Of a DNA stretch of 64,000 nucleotides, positions 35,700 to 50,300 are shown in pieces (the first letter of the stretch is position 1; each line of letters starts with the position of its first letter). Source of the stretch: Azolla caroliniana (lineage: Eukaryota > Plantae > Polypodiophyta); assembly GCA_043228905.1 (NCBI GenBank), contig JBHGNT010000013.1, positions 20,150,001 through 20,214,000 of the forward strand. Direction: 5' to 3'. A program made the position numbers and the translations under genes. The notes below the pieces were generated by a model. The model saw nothing but the letters and a program-made list of their open reading frames with translations. It was not told where the DNA came from and did not search any database.

Positions 35700-37254
35700 A
35701 AAAAGTCGCAAATGCTCAATCTATATATAGCTCAAATGCATTCAAAAACATCTGCATCGTGGTGTTGTATTACCGGTGCTAATTCAGTTTATTCCAACTG
35801 ATGCCAACCCTGGTATCTTTGCTGAACATTTTTATTATTGTGACAATTGAATCCTACAATGATGGGTATATAGAGAATGATCCTGCATTTCACCTGTACT
35901 GTCGGGAAAACAACATGAGATAACCCATTTTTTTAAATGGATCTCATGGTTTATTCTCTTTTTTCTCTCTCAGGATGGAATGCTTGTTTTGCAGTGACAT
36001 ATGGGCTCTCATCGTTTCATTAGAATGAAATGTATGATCTCGTATTTACTTTATCTTATTGTTTATTCTAACGTCCCACAATGTATCATATATGTCACAC
36101 AATGTATCATATACATTTAATTTAACTCATGATATTCAAAGAATGTAAATTGGAGAGAGGTTTCTGACAAACAAAACGAGTTGTGGGAAGAATGCAAGAA
36201 AGACATGATGGTATTCCAAGGTAAGTTATTTTAATGGAGTTTTCTCATGACATTACATCAAGAATGATTATATCAATATGAAAGTGCATATAATACTAGT
36301 AGAAGCCTTTAAAATACAATTTTAAAAAGCAAATGTCAAAATATGTGGGTACTTACATTAATCTACTAACATGTGTGTGTGGTGCCATCTCTAAATGGTG
36401 CTGATATATTGAGCACACAATTCCCAAAAAAATGCACAGATCAATTCTTAAACCTTGAAAATAACATTCAATGGATTCTTATACCGAACAATATATAGAG
36501 ATAATACGAAGTACAAGCACCCATTTTCACTGATCATGATTGACACTTTTTACATAGCGAAGTTTCCAACCAACATTTGAAAATATAAACTACATAAGCA
36601 AAAATGTCTGTTTCGGAAGTTTCAGCATGATAATGCAATAGTTTTAACATTTGAGTAATTACAAAATGTGGCAAAACTCAAGGCAGGCTGTATATTTCTA
36701 CCAGAAGAGCAGCAACACTATCATCACAACCGTCCACTGAGGCAAGAAAAGTAAAGCTTTCCTGAACCGTCATACAAACTACTTTTTTGAGTCCAAAAAA
36801 ACAACAAACTTTTTGTCGATCCTTCTCTCTTTTGCACCACATTTATCGTTGATGCATTCACCACTTTCCAAGACCTTTCATGAACCTTCGCATTGATTGC
36901 CCACATCATATAATGCCATTGATTTCTGTTGAAACATAGTATGCATCGATGACTAAATGAAGAGCATATCAATTGTACCGATGCTTTACTATTGAAAGAT
37001 TCGCAAGCAAGCAATCTCTCGGCTTTTTCTCGAAGAAAGTCGACACAATAATATCTCCAGTCACCATCACACATTTCGTGGTCTCACATTTTCCTTCATT
37101 CTGTTTTTCTTCGACCGAGAGTTTTCTAATTAATCCACAAACACGAAGAGATGAATGAATCCATCGTTGCATGGTGGTATCAAAGAGAAAATGTGCATAT
37201 TGAATCTTCTCGACCATCCTTCTCATTACTACTTTCTCTACAACCACCTTTTCC

Positions 37255-40200
37255 CTAGTGCTGAGGTGATCTTCGGCCACCTTGTCTTGACCTATGTGAA
37301 GAAGATTCATCAGATCCACCACGCTCAACCATATCTTTTTCTCTTTCTCTTCCCGGAGTTGGAGTGAACCGATTGCTATGAACTAGATGAGCTCTGGGAT
37401 CATATGTTTGAGATGAAAGATATGTGAGTGCTGTTACCACATCTCCTATCAAAGGTCGGTGTGCTGCTTGCTCTTGTAGACACATGGCTGCCACCGCAAG
37501 AGCTTGGTATAGTCCTCGAGTTGGGTATTGACCTTCAAGCATTGGATCAACCATCTGAGAGAATTTCCTTCGATCCTTGAATAAGGGACGTGCCTGAGAA
37601 TAATCAAAATAAGTGAAAATTAGAACTTCCTTGTTTAAAAGCAGGAAAACAAGAGTTTAATTTAGAAAGTGAAAATGGTGCATAGTACACTAGCTCTTTG
37701 AATATTTACAGGAATACCACTAATGTACTACATATTTACAAGCGTTCACCTCACATTTTGGATATTTAAAGGAATACCCCCCAGAATAGTAAATTTTGTA
37801 TTACAAAGGGGTGTGTGTGTGTGTGTGTAGTGTATCAAATGTATATATCTAGACAAGACATGCAAAAAAGGTACTCCAATACATACATACCCAGGCAACA
37901 AGGTTGTGTTCTCCAGGAGCTCTGCTGTTATCAATCGCTTTCCTTCCAGTAATAAGTTCAAGCAGCACAACCCCGAAACTATACACATCTGATTTCAACG
38001 TAAGTTGCCCAGTCATTGCATACTCTGGAGCACAATAGCCATATGTACCCATAACTCTCGTCGAGACATGAGTTTTGTCACCAACAGGGCCAAGCTTAGC
38101 CAACCCAAAATCTGAAAGCTTCGGATGAAACCCAATATCTAGAAGAATGTTTGAGGATTTTAGATCCCGATATATTACAGGAGGATTGGCTTTATCATGT
38201 AGATATTCCAAACCTCTTGCTGCCCCTGCAGCAATTTTCATTCGCGTATTCCAATCTAAAGGTTCTCTATCAGGCACCAAGTCTGCAATTTCAGTTACTA
38301 CAGTCCTTCAATAATTGAGCATTTATACAGGTACACATACAACAAAATAGTGTTGACAAGCAACGAGCTATTGGTGAAGATAAAGCGAATAGTTGTACCA
38401 TATAAATGATCTTCAAGAGAGCCTTTTGGCATGAACTCGTAGACTAGTAACCGTTGATCTCCATCAGCACAGTAACCAATCAAATTTACAAGGTTGGGGT
38501 GATGAAGTAGACTAAGCATCAACACCTCCACTAAAAACTCTCTGTTTCCCTGAAGACCATTTCGGTCCAGCTGCTTAATAGCCACTATCTGCAAATTCAT
38601 CCACAAAAAATGCATTTTCATTTGCATATCACATGACCCTTTTGTTTAATTGCACAACGTGCAGCATTAGAAGATGCAAAAACATCACCTTGGCAGAGAA
38701 AATTATCAATTACGCTCTCTTCCACTCTGAGTCTATTAGGCCTTGAACAAACCATTTCAATGAATCCAAGAAAACAGAATGACCTTTTTACACATTTAAT
38801 GTTTGAATATCTTATCCATCGTTTATCTACCTTGTGGTTTTCATTGATTGGAACATTATCATTAGTCGACACATTTAATATCCAATGAGCAAGGAGTGCC
38901 TTGACCTTTTTATTTTTCAATTGACGTTTATGCTATAGGAGACTCTCTACAGAAATCTACTAACTAGACAAAGTCTCAACAAATCATTAAAAATATATTG
39001 AAATACTAATGCAAAAGGCATGATGGTACGAATGTCCAAAGTGTGATAGATAAATGGATATGGATCACAATCTGGTTTATTATCTATGAACCAGTGTCAT
39101 TAACCCAGTACGTAGATACAAACATTCGATAGACTATTGCACAGCCACATTTTCAAATGCAAGTAATTGCCTTCTAAACCTAAACATACATACATACAAA
39201 TTTATGTATGCATATACCATATTCCCTCTCTGTGTATGGGTAGGTTTTAATGCCAATAGAAGAACATACTAAATTTCCTACAGCAAAAGGCATAACCAAG
39301 ATAGTAGTTGCCATGCCGTTTATTTCTAAATTTTCATGCATCAAACAACATTTTCAACTTCTCTTTATGTCATAAAATGTAACTGTACGATGTTTTGACA
39401 TAGCTCATAATGGAGGCATGATGAAGAACAAAATTGAGTGTGTATCTTCCGGAACAACTTCTCTTTGCTAGCATTTATTCATTTTACCTGCCTTCTTTTT
39501 GCAAACTTAGTATATATCTTTATCCTTCAAGCACATAATATTTTCCTATGCTGTTTTCTTCTTTGCTGATAGGGATTTTTTTGTGGCACATAAGTTCTAT
39601 ATCTCCCCTAATAAACCTCAAGTAAGTTTTTTGGAAGCATTCTAACTTGTATAAAATATATTCACTAGCTTAAGCATACAACATTAATATGTTTGCATTA
39701 CCTCGCATTACGCTCCATTATAAACATGCCCCCACTCTCGAAGGAACTGAGTTTACCTGGCTCGTACTATCAAGGCGGCCTTTGTATACTCTGCCAAAGC
39801 CACCTTCACCAATGAGACAATCTTCTCGGAAGTTCTTTGTTGCAGAAGCTAGTTCCTTGAAGGTGAAGGTATGGGCAGCAATACGATGTGTCCTACCATC
39901 TGTCTGGCCTTCTTTCTCCTTCATATCATTGAACGAGGGTTTGGGCTTAAATTTATCTGAGACAAAAAGAAAGCATTGAACGTCAGAAGTCCAAGAGAAC
40001 CACAAGGACCAAAAATAGAAGGCCTTTTAACTATGTTTGAGCATTGCAAATGACATTCTGATAGCGTCCACCTGAATGTGGTGTGTGTTGTAAGATTATT
40101 TATGTTATGATGAGCATGCACATGCTACATTGGCAAGGGTTAATTAAGACTCATTGGTTAATATTTGTGATCTAGAAACAAACCTTAAGATTTTATCAGA

Positions 40201-40868
40201 TAATGAAGGGTTGACTCCCCTTCTACACTAGTGGCATCCCTTACAGAATATAGCCTATTCATTTTCTCTTATTCTATTATGAATTTTCGTTACTACTCTC
40301 TCTACCCTGTGATTCAATCATCACTGTCTGTACCTATGTACCAGTTTTATCATCCTTACTAATACTCTCTCTAATCTATGGACCTCTGCCATATCTAGGG
40401 GCATGTTGTGAACACCATTAAAACCCCTGATAACACTGATATGCAATAGATAAAGAGGCTAGTCTATCCAGAATAAAGCCAGTAATAAGGTCACCATCCA
40501 GTTGCTCAAGGATCTACTCTAACCTTAATTAACGCCTAATAATGTAGTTATACATATGTTCATATGCATAATACTTTATCATTTTACTCAAGCTACTTGA
40601 TCATTTAATCATAGTTAATGTGTGTTCATCATTGCCAAATAAATTTTATTTTTTTCCTCTAAACTTAATTGACGCCCAGATAATGTGATAGTCATGAATA
40701 ATTGATTATTTTGCAATGAAAATGTGTTTCTTTTTTTGATATATTTAAAGAAATATGAGAGAGCGCTTCATCACCTGAACTGCTTTTGCTGAAAGACGAT
40801 GGCAGGTCACTGAAGCTTCCATTTTTACTCAGAGACGAAATTCTTTCCTGTGAGCTACAGCAGCCCAT
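37255..40868 (-). CDS. Receptor-like cytoplasmic kinase VII (PBS1/PBL27-like), 5 exons
   Basis: Exons 40868-40775, 39956-39757, 38588-38399, 38282-37891, 37593-37255. Motifs [65 protein letters not shown] and [10 protein letters not shown]. Confidence 0.95.
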
Positions 40869-40919
40869 CTCTCTCTATATATATAAGACCGAAAGGCCTC
40901 AGTAACTTCTCTATGAAGA

Positions 40920-41260
40920 CGCAAGCTCTAAACTTCTCCTCTGAGCAGGACCCAAACCCAAAATTCCTTCTCTAAACAGAACCCAAACTTTATAATTCTT
41001 TTCTGAGTAGAAGACAAACCCTAAAATCTTCCTCTGAGGTGAAACCAAACCTCAAAATCCTTCTCTAAGCTGAGCCCAGACCCTAAACTTCTTCCCTGAG
41101 TACAACCCAAAACTCTAAATCGCTTCACGGAACACAACCCAATATCCCTATGTCACTTCTTCATTCATACCCAAGCCCTATATTTCTTCTCTCTCACAAA
41201 CCCAAATCATCGATCTCTCCTATGGGCATACCTAAAACCCTAAATAACTTCGCTCGCTGC
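40920..41260. repeat. Degenerate ~31-bp minisatellite with telo-box-like AAACCCTA cores upstream of the kinase ATG
   Basis: About 10 units resembling CCCAAACCCTAAAATCTTCCTCTGAG. Confidence 0.7.
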
Positions 41261-41468
41261 GCAAAGCTCCAACACTAAATCTCATTTCTTTACAGCTGAA
41301 AACTGAGCTTTTGATCGGAGGTCAGCAGAGAGACCATGAGTGGATGGATCTACAGGACAACGATGCCAATTCTGCGGAGGGAAGGAAAGTGGAAGAGAAG
41401 TGGCGATGGTACCTCGCATTACCTTCAATGAGAGAATAAAAGGTAGCATATACAAGGAGATTTTCGGG

Positions 41469-41508
<40 letters not shown>

Positions 41509-42144
41509 AGACAATCTTAGAGAAACAATTTTGAGAGAGATGATGATGGATGGTGTGTTATCCTCTCGTAGCTCTCTCTATCTATCACACCATTTTCTGA
41601 GTTTTGGGATCCATAGTTGAGGTTGGAACTTGGAATTATAGAGCAATTCTCAATGGCATAAAGCCAGACCTGAGTTTATGTGTGTGCACCTTTGGTTGAA
41701 GTTCAGACCATCTCGATTGAATGAAACAAAACCCCTTGCGATCAATCCCTAAACATCCATACATATTGTATGATGTCGCCCGCAACATGACCAATGGAAC
41801 CTTAACAACCTTACGAAGAAAGAAGGAGGGATCCTTATAGAAAGTGAGTGAGTGAGTGGGTGATCATTAGACACATATGTAGTATGATCTACGAAATGGA
41901 AACCAAGCCGATGGGGAGAATTGAACTACGGTTCTCTCAAGCCTATGGCATGGATGTTATGATTCAAACTACCATGCCAACATTGAGAAAGAGGAAGGCG
42001 TAGAATATGGAATTCTTATCTTCTCCAAAAGATTGAAGCAGAGTTTATTCGCTGATCTTGGGAAGGAAACTTCTCCTAGAAGCCCAAATCAGTGTTGGAT
42101 ATGTTCTAATTTAAACGACTGAGCCAACATTGAGAGTAAGAGAG

Positions 42145-42344
42145 CCCAGATGGATATAGCTCAGTTGGTAAGGTTGCCCAATGGGGACCAGGATGTCATG
42201 GGTTCAACCCTGACATTCCATAGTGGCATTTAGTGAAATAAGAGATGTTTATGGAGTAATAGAGAGGTGAGAAAATTGGGTTGCAAACCTAAGTTGTAGT
42301 GCTAATAGTGTCAATGCCTTGTCACTAGGGTAAGCTATCTACGA
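42145..42344 (+). mobile_element. tRNA-derived SINE-like insertion
   Basis: A-box TAGCTCAGTTGG and B-box GGTTCAACCC at tRNA spacing; flanked by an 8-bp direct repeat TAAGAGAG (42137-42144, 42345-42352). Confidence 0.65.
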
Positions 42345-45300
42345 TAAGAGAGATAGGATTCTTATTTTCTCCAAAGGAAAGAGAGATTGAAGACATGTTC
42401 ATACAACAATTTTGGGAAGGAAACTTCTACAAGAAGCACCTAATAGAAGCCCAATTAGGTGTTGGATATGCTCTAATACATCGTGCAATTTTTTAGTACC
42501 AACCAAAGCTATATTCATCACGCACCAATAATGCATCACATCAACTGATGTGATCCTTCGAGATTTAAATGTTCTTTCATATGATTAATTGAGGGTACAA
42601 TGAAAATAAGTCGAGCGTTATCTCTTCATTTGGATGGAAGCTTATTATGCTAGATGTGGTGACAACCTAGGTATATCATGTCGTCTTTTCGTAGCTTGGA
42701 AAGCAATGTGACTTGTAAATTTAAGCCATATTTACACTTGAGCAAAGACAAATGGCTCATATTAGTTGTCACAACTAGGTTGTAAGCTATAGTGAAAACT
42801 ATAATGAATCTATTCAATGGTTACATGTGGTTGTTTGCTACACATAATTTTGCATAATGCATTATTTTGTTGCGTGAATCTATTCCTAATTTTTTATTAT
42901 GGAAGTAAGCAACATTTTCTTTTGCCAATGGAATGTTGGTTACATTCTTATTGATTCATGTAACTTGGTAACATTTGTAATTGACATATGAGTATGAAAG
43001 TAGCTTGACAAATGTATAGAATCATCAAAAGGTATCAACCACTAGGTAGGTCATCATTGATCGTTTCCTTTCATCATTCTCTGTATCCGATTAGACAAAT
43101 GCATCTGATTATACCTCAAGATAGTTTGGTTGCATCTTATTGCTTTTTGTAGAATGAGCAAACACATATAATTATAAGATAGTGAGTGTATGCATATCAA
43201 TTTGCCAATGTTATATATACTTGTTAAACCATATCTATGAACATTAACTTGATCTTTCCTAGATGCATGAAGGATGTTGATGTTGTACTCAAACATTTAT
43301 GTTAGGTATGGGGGCATAAAACTCCCAATACTTGATAGCTACTACTAATCCAACATTATTAAGTTCATGTTTCTCTTATTTCTCATGATCTACATGAGTA
43401 CATCTTTCTAGGGTGCTTGAAACGATAAAATCACTTCATGAATGACTATGCTAAGAAATTCTAGTTATCATGGTAATCACGTTATAGAAAGGTATAGAGC
43501 ACTTCAAGTGCAAGTATGTATCTAGATTCTATAGTATTGATAGTTGTACAAAATAGATAAAAGAACAAGTTGAGAAGTGGTCTGAGTACCATAAGCTCAA
43601 GTAAGTTTGAAATTGGGTAACTATGTTGAGTTCTTATCTCCATCCTTTTGGAGCTTTGACATCAATGATTGAATGTTGTCATTATATGTTTATAAATCAT
43701 AATTTCCATATCATTGTTGTAATCCTTCATGTGATGTTGGGGAGTTTAAGCATGAGAAATTTACTTTCTCAAATTAAGTTTTATTGAAGCCTAAATATAT
43801 GAGCAAGAACAAAACCTTCTTCATGAAAGACCATTAAAAGCATCAAACTTGATGTCATTCATATGGGGAACAATGATTTATCGAGATTAACCTTGATATT
43901 GAAACATGAAGGTATGTTATTTAGATTTAGTGTTGATGAGGGAATACCAACAATATCATTCATGTATGTGTGGTGAAGGTTTAGGAAAGAAGAAGATGGA
44001 GAAAAGAAAGTAAGAAATGACAAAAGTCATTTATATGGAAGACGAGAAAGAATGAATTAATCGTGAACTTGTTAGAACTCTCCAAATTTGATGTTATACA
44101 TCTATGTTTCAAGGCCAAATAATCATTCAAAACTTGAGATGTTGAGGTTTATCACGTTTTTAATTGTAAGTTAAAGACCAAAATGCCTCTAAAAAATGTA
44201 TATGGTATAAGATAAACTACCTTTAATTTAAACTAGAATGTTTCCTTGTACAAAAGGATATTCGTGGATCATTGAAAAGGCATTTGAAGCGAAATAGAAT
44301 AATTTTTTGAAAGCATTAGATGGATATAAAAAAAAAGGGGTGCAAGGAAATTGTGGCATTTGAAAACAGTGGGTACTAAAATGTGGCTAAAAACAATGAG
44401 AATTTGTTTTATTTCATTTGGATGGGTCATAAAAGTAAGATGTTTCAAAAGTGGCGGGATTATGCATAAATAAGTGATAATCATCCAAATGTGTCTGCTA
44501 ATGATAAAAAAGTTGTCCATATTCTTACATTATCAAGGAAAAAGGATAATCTTTGCACATCAACGGACTTATGATTTATTTATATAGCTATCTATAAGTT
44601 GATTCCCCAGAATCCATATATTCCTTAAGTTGCAATGATTATAAGCCACATGCTTCGTGAGAAGGATAATGTACTCATCCATCTATTTTCAATGATGTAA
44701 TGATGGTTGCTTGCACATTGTATGAAAGTGTCTCATGCTTAGAATGAAGATTGTACGACATGTGATAGTATCACCTTATGTTATATTGTCTCACAAACGA
44801 TTACTCGAGTAATTCTCATAAAAGTAGCACTAAAATGACCACATCAAAGACTAAGGTATAGTTTGTTAAAGCTCGTATATGTTATAGTGGCCACATATAA
44901 TGCAATGAAATGAAGATTATTAAAGTTGAATGATGCTCATTCCACTCGGAATGTATGTTTTGCTGGGGAAGCTCATTCAATTTCCAATTCCAAAATGCAA
45001 TGTAGGGAGAAATGCAAAACTTGATGAATCGCGAAATATTGCACAAGAAGTAGAGCATCTCATTGGGATTGATAGGAACTTTCTCAATTCCAATTGACTA
45101 TTTTGAGAGTATAATCAACATGGTTAAAGCATAATTGCTTTAAATCTTAATGAAAACAAGGTTTCACTCCCTCATCAATTGAATCGCATTGCAGTTAGAC
45201 ATTTGTTTGATAGTTAACACTCACATCGAAAAGAGATTGGTACATGTTCTAAACTTAGCAACATCCTAGCTAGGGGCTCTTAAAAGGTTTGATTAACCGT

Positions 45301-48099
45301 AACACACATAGTAGAGGCACAAACAACCTAAGACATCAACTCATAAAACACAACTAATGTATGGTAAAAAGTGGGGAAGCTCCCCAACAATGTATGGTGT
45401 GAAATTTGAATGTTATTCTTAAATTATCAACAAAATTATCAAAACAACATGTCGATAAGTTATTACACTCCAAAAAAATGATTGATAAATACTAAATAGT
45501 AATATATTCCTAAGTTGTACCAATGAAACAAGAGTATGAAAGTATCCCAATGATCATATATTTGTTAAAAATGAATTCGTACTAGTAAACCCTTTCTCAT
45601 CAATGTAATGATGATTGTTGTACACTTGATGGCAGAAGAATATTGTCTTGTAGATCACATTTTAGCATTATGAATTAAACATTTGCATAAGCATGAAAAG
45701 CAGCATTGGAATGATTGTGATTGAAGGATGAGATAAACTTATTTTGGCCTCACCAATGTACCGAGCTATCAACAATAGCATAAACCAACCTTTTGGAACT
45801 AACGGTTATCAACTCTTCTCCCAACCACTATTATTAGTCTACATGGAACCATGCCAATAACTCCAGTCTATAACTAAGTATTTGTTCAAGCATGAAAACA
45901 CATAACACACGGGTGAGATTTGTTGTTGGTCCTCGAGATGGCACAATGGATTTACAATTATTCATAATAAACCTCTAATGCTAGAAACATCCCATGAGAG
46001 TGAAGAGTCCAGACAATAAAAACATATGATATTGACCGCTACAAAACCAACCACAACACTAATTTTTTCCAAAAAGAAACTATTTTCCCATTAGTTAGGA
46101 GAGATCATTACAAGGGTTTAGGGTTTATTCAGAAACTTGAAATGTAATAACATCTAATGAAATAGTACTCTCTATGCTTGAATAAATAACTCTTTGCACT
46201 TAGTTCTTACTTGTCTCATTGTTAAGTTGCACGCATTACCCATGAATGATTACAAGTTTTCATGGTCTTGACCCTCTTACGTTGATCCCACAAGAATTCA
46301 AATGGGTAATAATAACGTGTCATCCTCATAAATTTCCCCAAACCCCCTTTGGTATTTGAAATTTGAGAGTGCAAGGGGTAGAGAGGGTAATGTATTTTAG
46401 AATTTGGGCAATGAGTTTAATGGAACTTTTGTATTTTGATCAATATAATTGTATGCAATTATGTTGATTGTATCATTCTTTGACGCCATTTAACATTTCA
46501 CATTTGAGTTCCCTATTTTTGTAATTTATAATATATTCTCAACCACACATACATAATATTGTTATTAAGTAGGGGCTTGAATTCCATATTGACTCGTCAC
46601 TCGATTTAATTTGGCTTAATTTCAATGAATGAAAATGGTTTTATTTTGTGAAATGGACAATAACTCAACAACATCATTAGTTGTCCTTCATAATATTGTT
46701 ATTGATGAAGTTCGATAAGTCACAATCTCATTTTCTTTAAATTTGACCACACATGTACGTTACAACACCCACAAATGAATCTCATGACACATGGCCTGAA
46801 CGCAATTAGCAATGATGTTATGAATGGGAATATAGAGAAAGTATAGTTGTGGAATTGCAAAATATGGACAAGTTAAAGCAAGAAACATCCAATTATGGTC
46901 AAAATTAAATGGTCCATAGACAAAAGAGCAACAATTAGTTTTTAACATGATCTAAAAGTAAATAAAATGTGAAGAAAAAGAGAAAAACATTGATGTTATA
47001 TAAGTCAAGACAAAGTAATATCATTAATAGAGATGTTGGAAGACGATCTTAAGTTATGAGTTTGTTTATTTGGGGAAACTTGTAGTTTAGTGCACAGGTG
47101 CATAGACATGGTAGGATTGGTGAGCACGTGGTGACCTAGTGCAAGGATCTTCCCCATGAAATTTCAACATGGTATAGAAGCCATGGTCTAAAATCCAACC
47201 TCTCATCACTTGTAAAATTCGCCAGTTTAACCTTATTATTTAAAAAGGCCAACTTGAGTCATTGGGCTCATAGACAACCTCAATTTGAGTAAGAAAGAAG
47301 TGAACGAAATTGATGCCATTAGGGAGTGTTGGAATGTGTAGGGAGTTGTGAGGTTTTAGATGGCTCAACCAATTGTTGTGATAAAAGGTCACAATGTTTT
47401 GTTCATTAGGTCCAATGTGAACCTTAGGAACTCATCTACTATATTTAGCATGTTTTATAGTTGAATGAACTAGGTGTTACATCTTTACACCACCCCCCAT
47501 CCCGCTCTATCAAGGCAAAGGGTTGTGTGCACTCGCAATGGAGAATGGAAATTTTTAATTTATTATTGTTGAGAATGAGCATTTCAATACTTTTGTTGAG
47601 ATGCATGCAATCCACACAACTCGAGGATGAAGTGAAACAATGTACCCAAACTCATTTAGAGGTGAATGAACATTTGAGAAAGGTTGAATAATGTACACAT
47701 TGAAAGAGGATGATGAACACCACAATGCATTGTATGAGATAAACGAAGAATTTGTACACAACAAAGTCATGGGTTTGACGTGCAGAGTTGTATTGTTGTT
47801 TCTAATTCCCTTTCCATGCAAATTACATCTCAAGCAAAGAATGTGGAAATTGTAAATGCACTAGAATTGAAAGAACTACAACAATGCTACAACATTGTTA
47901 TTTATGAGATCTTGAAGGAAAATATGAAAAACAATTATATTGTTGGCCTCTTACTCGTGAGAAATGCATATTGTATGCATAATGGAAAAGGAAACAAAGA
48001 GAAGCCATTCTTCAAAATAATTGGATTAACCTTAAAGGTACACAATGTGTTGTGTGTGGATATCATACCATTTCACAATGAAATTCTCATTGCAAATCA

Positions 48100-50300
48100 T
48101 ATGAGATGAAAAGAAAATGTATGCTTAAGGATGTATTGGGAAATGGAAAAATACACAAAGAAGAAAGATCCTTGAACACAAGAGATTTGTGATGACATAC
48201 AGGACACTCATATATTCCATCATTATGTTTTGAGAATTGCAGTGGATACCCATGCCATGTGATCATTGGCATACATGAGGACCAAGGTTACCAATAAATA
48301 ATATATTGTTACTTGTCGAAACTTAGGAACATGATACCCAAAGGATTCAAGATTTGTACAAATATAACATACACTCCACACGGGGCAAGAAAGCGAAGAA
48401 GACAAAGAGGGGTGACATGTTTGATTAAGAAAGGATTGGAAGATTGTGGCTTTATCACCAAAGATGATGGGCATAAATGCTACATATGGCTAAAAATAAT
48501 GACGCCAAATGACATCCTTACTTTTGTAATTGGATGCGACATTTTTTATCTTGATTTTAGCTTGTATGCTTGTTTTGATAAAGACTAGCCTTTTGTCAAT
48601 CTAGAAGATGACATCATTTACTTCAATGCCCAGGGAGAGGTCAATGTCTTTGGTGACATGAATGCTCCTAAAGTATTTTTGCAACATGATGCACAAAAAT
48701 CTTTCATGCAACATATCTCAAGGAATCTGGATGTAAGAGGATATGCAAATGCATGCTCACTCTTGTATGTACGAAAATGGTTAAAAACAATATGAAAAGT
48801 TACTTTTATGAATGTACAAATTACAATAGTAAATGTATCTTTATTGTAAATCGTATATATTTGAAGAATGACGTCAATGATTTTAAATGTAGAAAACATA
48901 ATGGGAATAATACGACATCATATGTGTTATTCTTGGAAGGTATCTTGGATTACATACATAACTTTGGCCAATGGACTCTAAAATAGATCATAAGATTTCT
49001 TGATTGATTTTAAATGTAAGAAAGCATTTGAATATATGAAGTTCAACCATAGTGTGAAACAACCATATTTGTCAATAAACTTTAAAACAAGGACCTATGT
49101 ATGCAAAGATGGTTGAGTAAATGTTACTAAAGCCAATGTCTCAAAATGATGCAATACTAGAATGCAAATATGAAGCTTTTAAGAAAGTCATTTTTTCATG
49201 CACAAAGGAAATGCTTTTCGATTAAGTGTGTCCCTTGCAAAGGCACAAATAAATGTAGCTCAAGGGAAAAATGGTTTAACATTAATGAATGCCATGAAGT
49301 AAGAATGTTTTTATGAGTTTTGACATAGTCAACGATAAGAAAATTGAAAGGCACAAATAAATGTAGCTCAAGGGGAAAATGGTTTAACATTAATGAATGC
49401 CATGAAGTAAGAATGTTTTTATAAGTTTTGACATAGTCAACGATAAGAAAATTTATTAAATGTACCACATGAATATAAAAGTCTAATTCAAAGAAAGAGA
49501 AGAATATATAAAATTAATTGACAAATCTTTCACCCAAGAGAAAGCATATACATATGGTGAGATTTGGCGAAGTCTAATGTGGAAACATGTTTAGAATTAC
49601 ACCAGCAACTTAAAGTCTTAAGAACATGTGTTATGTATTATAATAATGTATTGGATTACTACTTGCAAAAAACTTAAACTCTTAAGAACATGTTTATGTA
49701 TTATAAGAATGTATTGGATTAGTAAGTGCATAGAACATTATGTGTTAGGATTCTCTTCTATATACATACAAGTGCGTTCCATCTTTACTATCAAGAATTT
49801 GTGTATAGGGCCTAAAATGATGGGAAATTGCAAGCCAAGAGATCTTCAATGTATCAAGACCAAAATGCTCAAATGGATAGGAAAGGAAGCACATACTTTG
49901 ATAAGTGCTATGTTTAATCATGCATTACAACATAGCCTTGCTCATGATAGGAGTTCAATTTGGTTCAAACCTTAACATAAATAAGCCTCATGAGTAACTT
50001 GGAGACGTATGGAAGACATCGGGGGTACTAAGTGATTATAAACTTGCAATCTCTCAAACGTATGAAAAATGGGATTTTAAAATTCTTTCATTAGCATTTG
50101 TGGTGTTATGGACACATTCTCTCACCAACTCTTTTTGGTTTGTGCATTAATTGTTTAGAACAAATGGACAATGAGTTCGTAAAGCAATAAGGCATTGAAA
50201 AAGTTATCATTGGGGACATGATTATCATGATTTTGTTATAGTGGATGATGTGACTTTTTTGCAAATACCTTGGAGTATATGTCCAAATCTCATGAGTGTG
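48100..50300 (+). mobile_element. Highly decayed LINE (endonuclease and RT N-terminal remnants)
   Basis: Fragments RGVTCLIKKG...YIWLKI (EEP-like) and KPRDLQCIKTKMLKWIGKEAHTLISAMFNHALQH...WFKP (LINE RT-like). Confidence 0.55.
49238..49453. repeat. 108-bp near-identical tandem duplication
   Basis: AAAGGCACAAATAAATGTAGCTC...GATAAGAAAATT present twice. Confidence 0.9.

Noticed and set aside
42500-48000. AT-rich stretch with short ORFs, probably ancient TE debris
   Set aside because: No motif, terminus or exon structure I can support.
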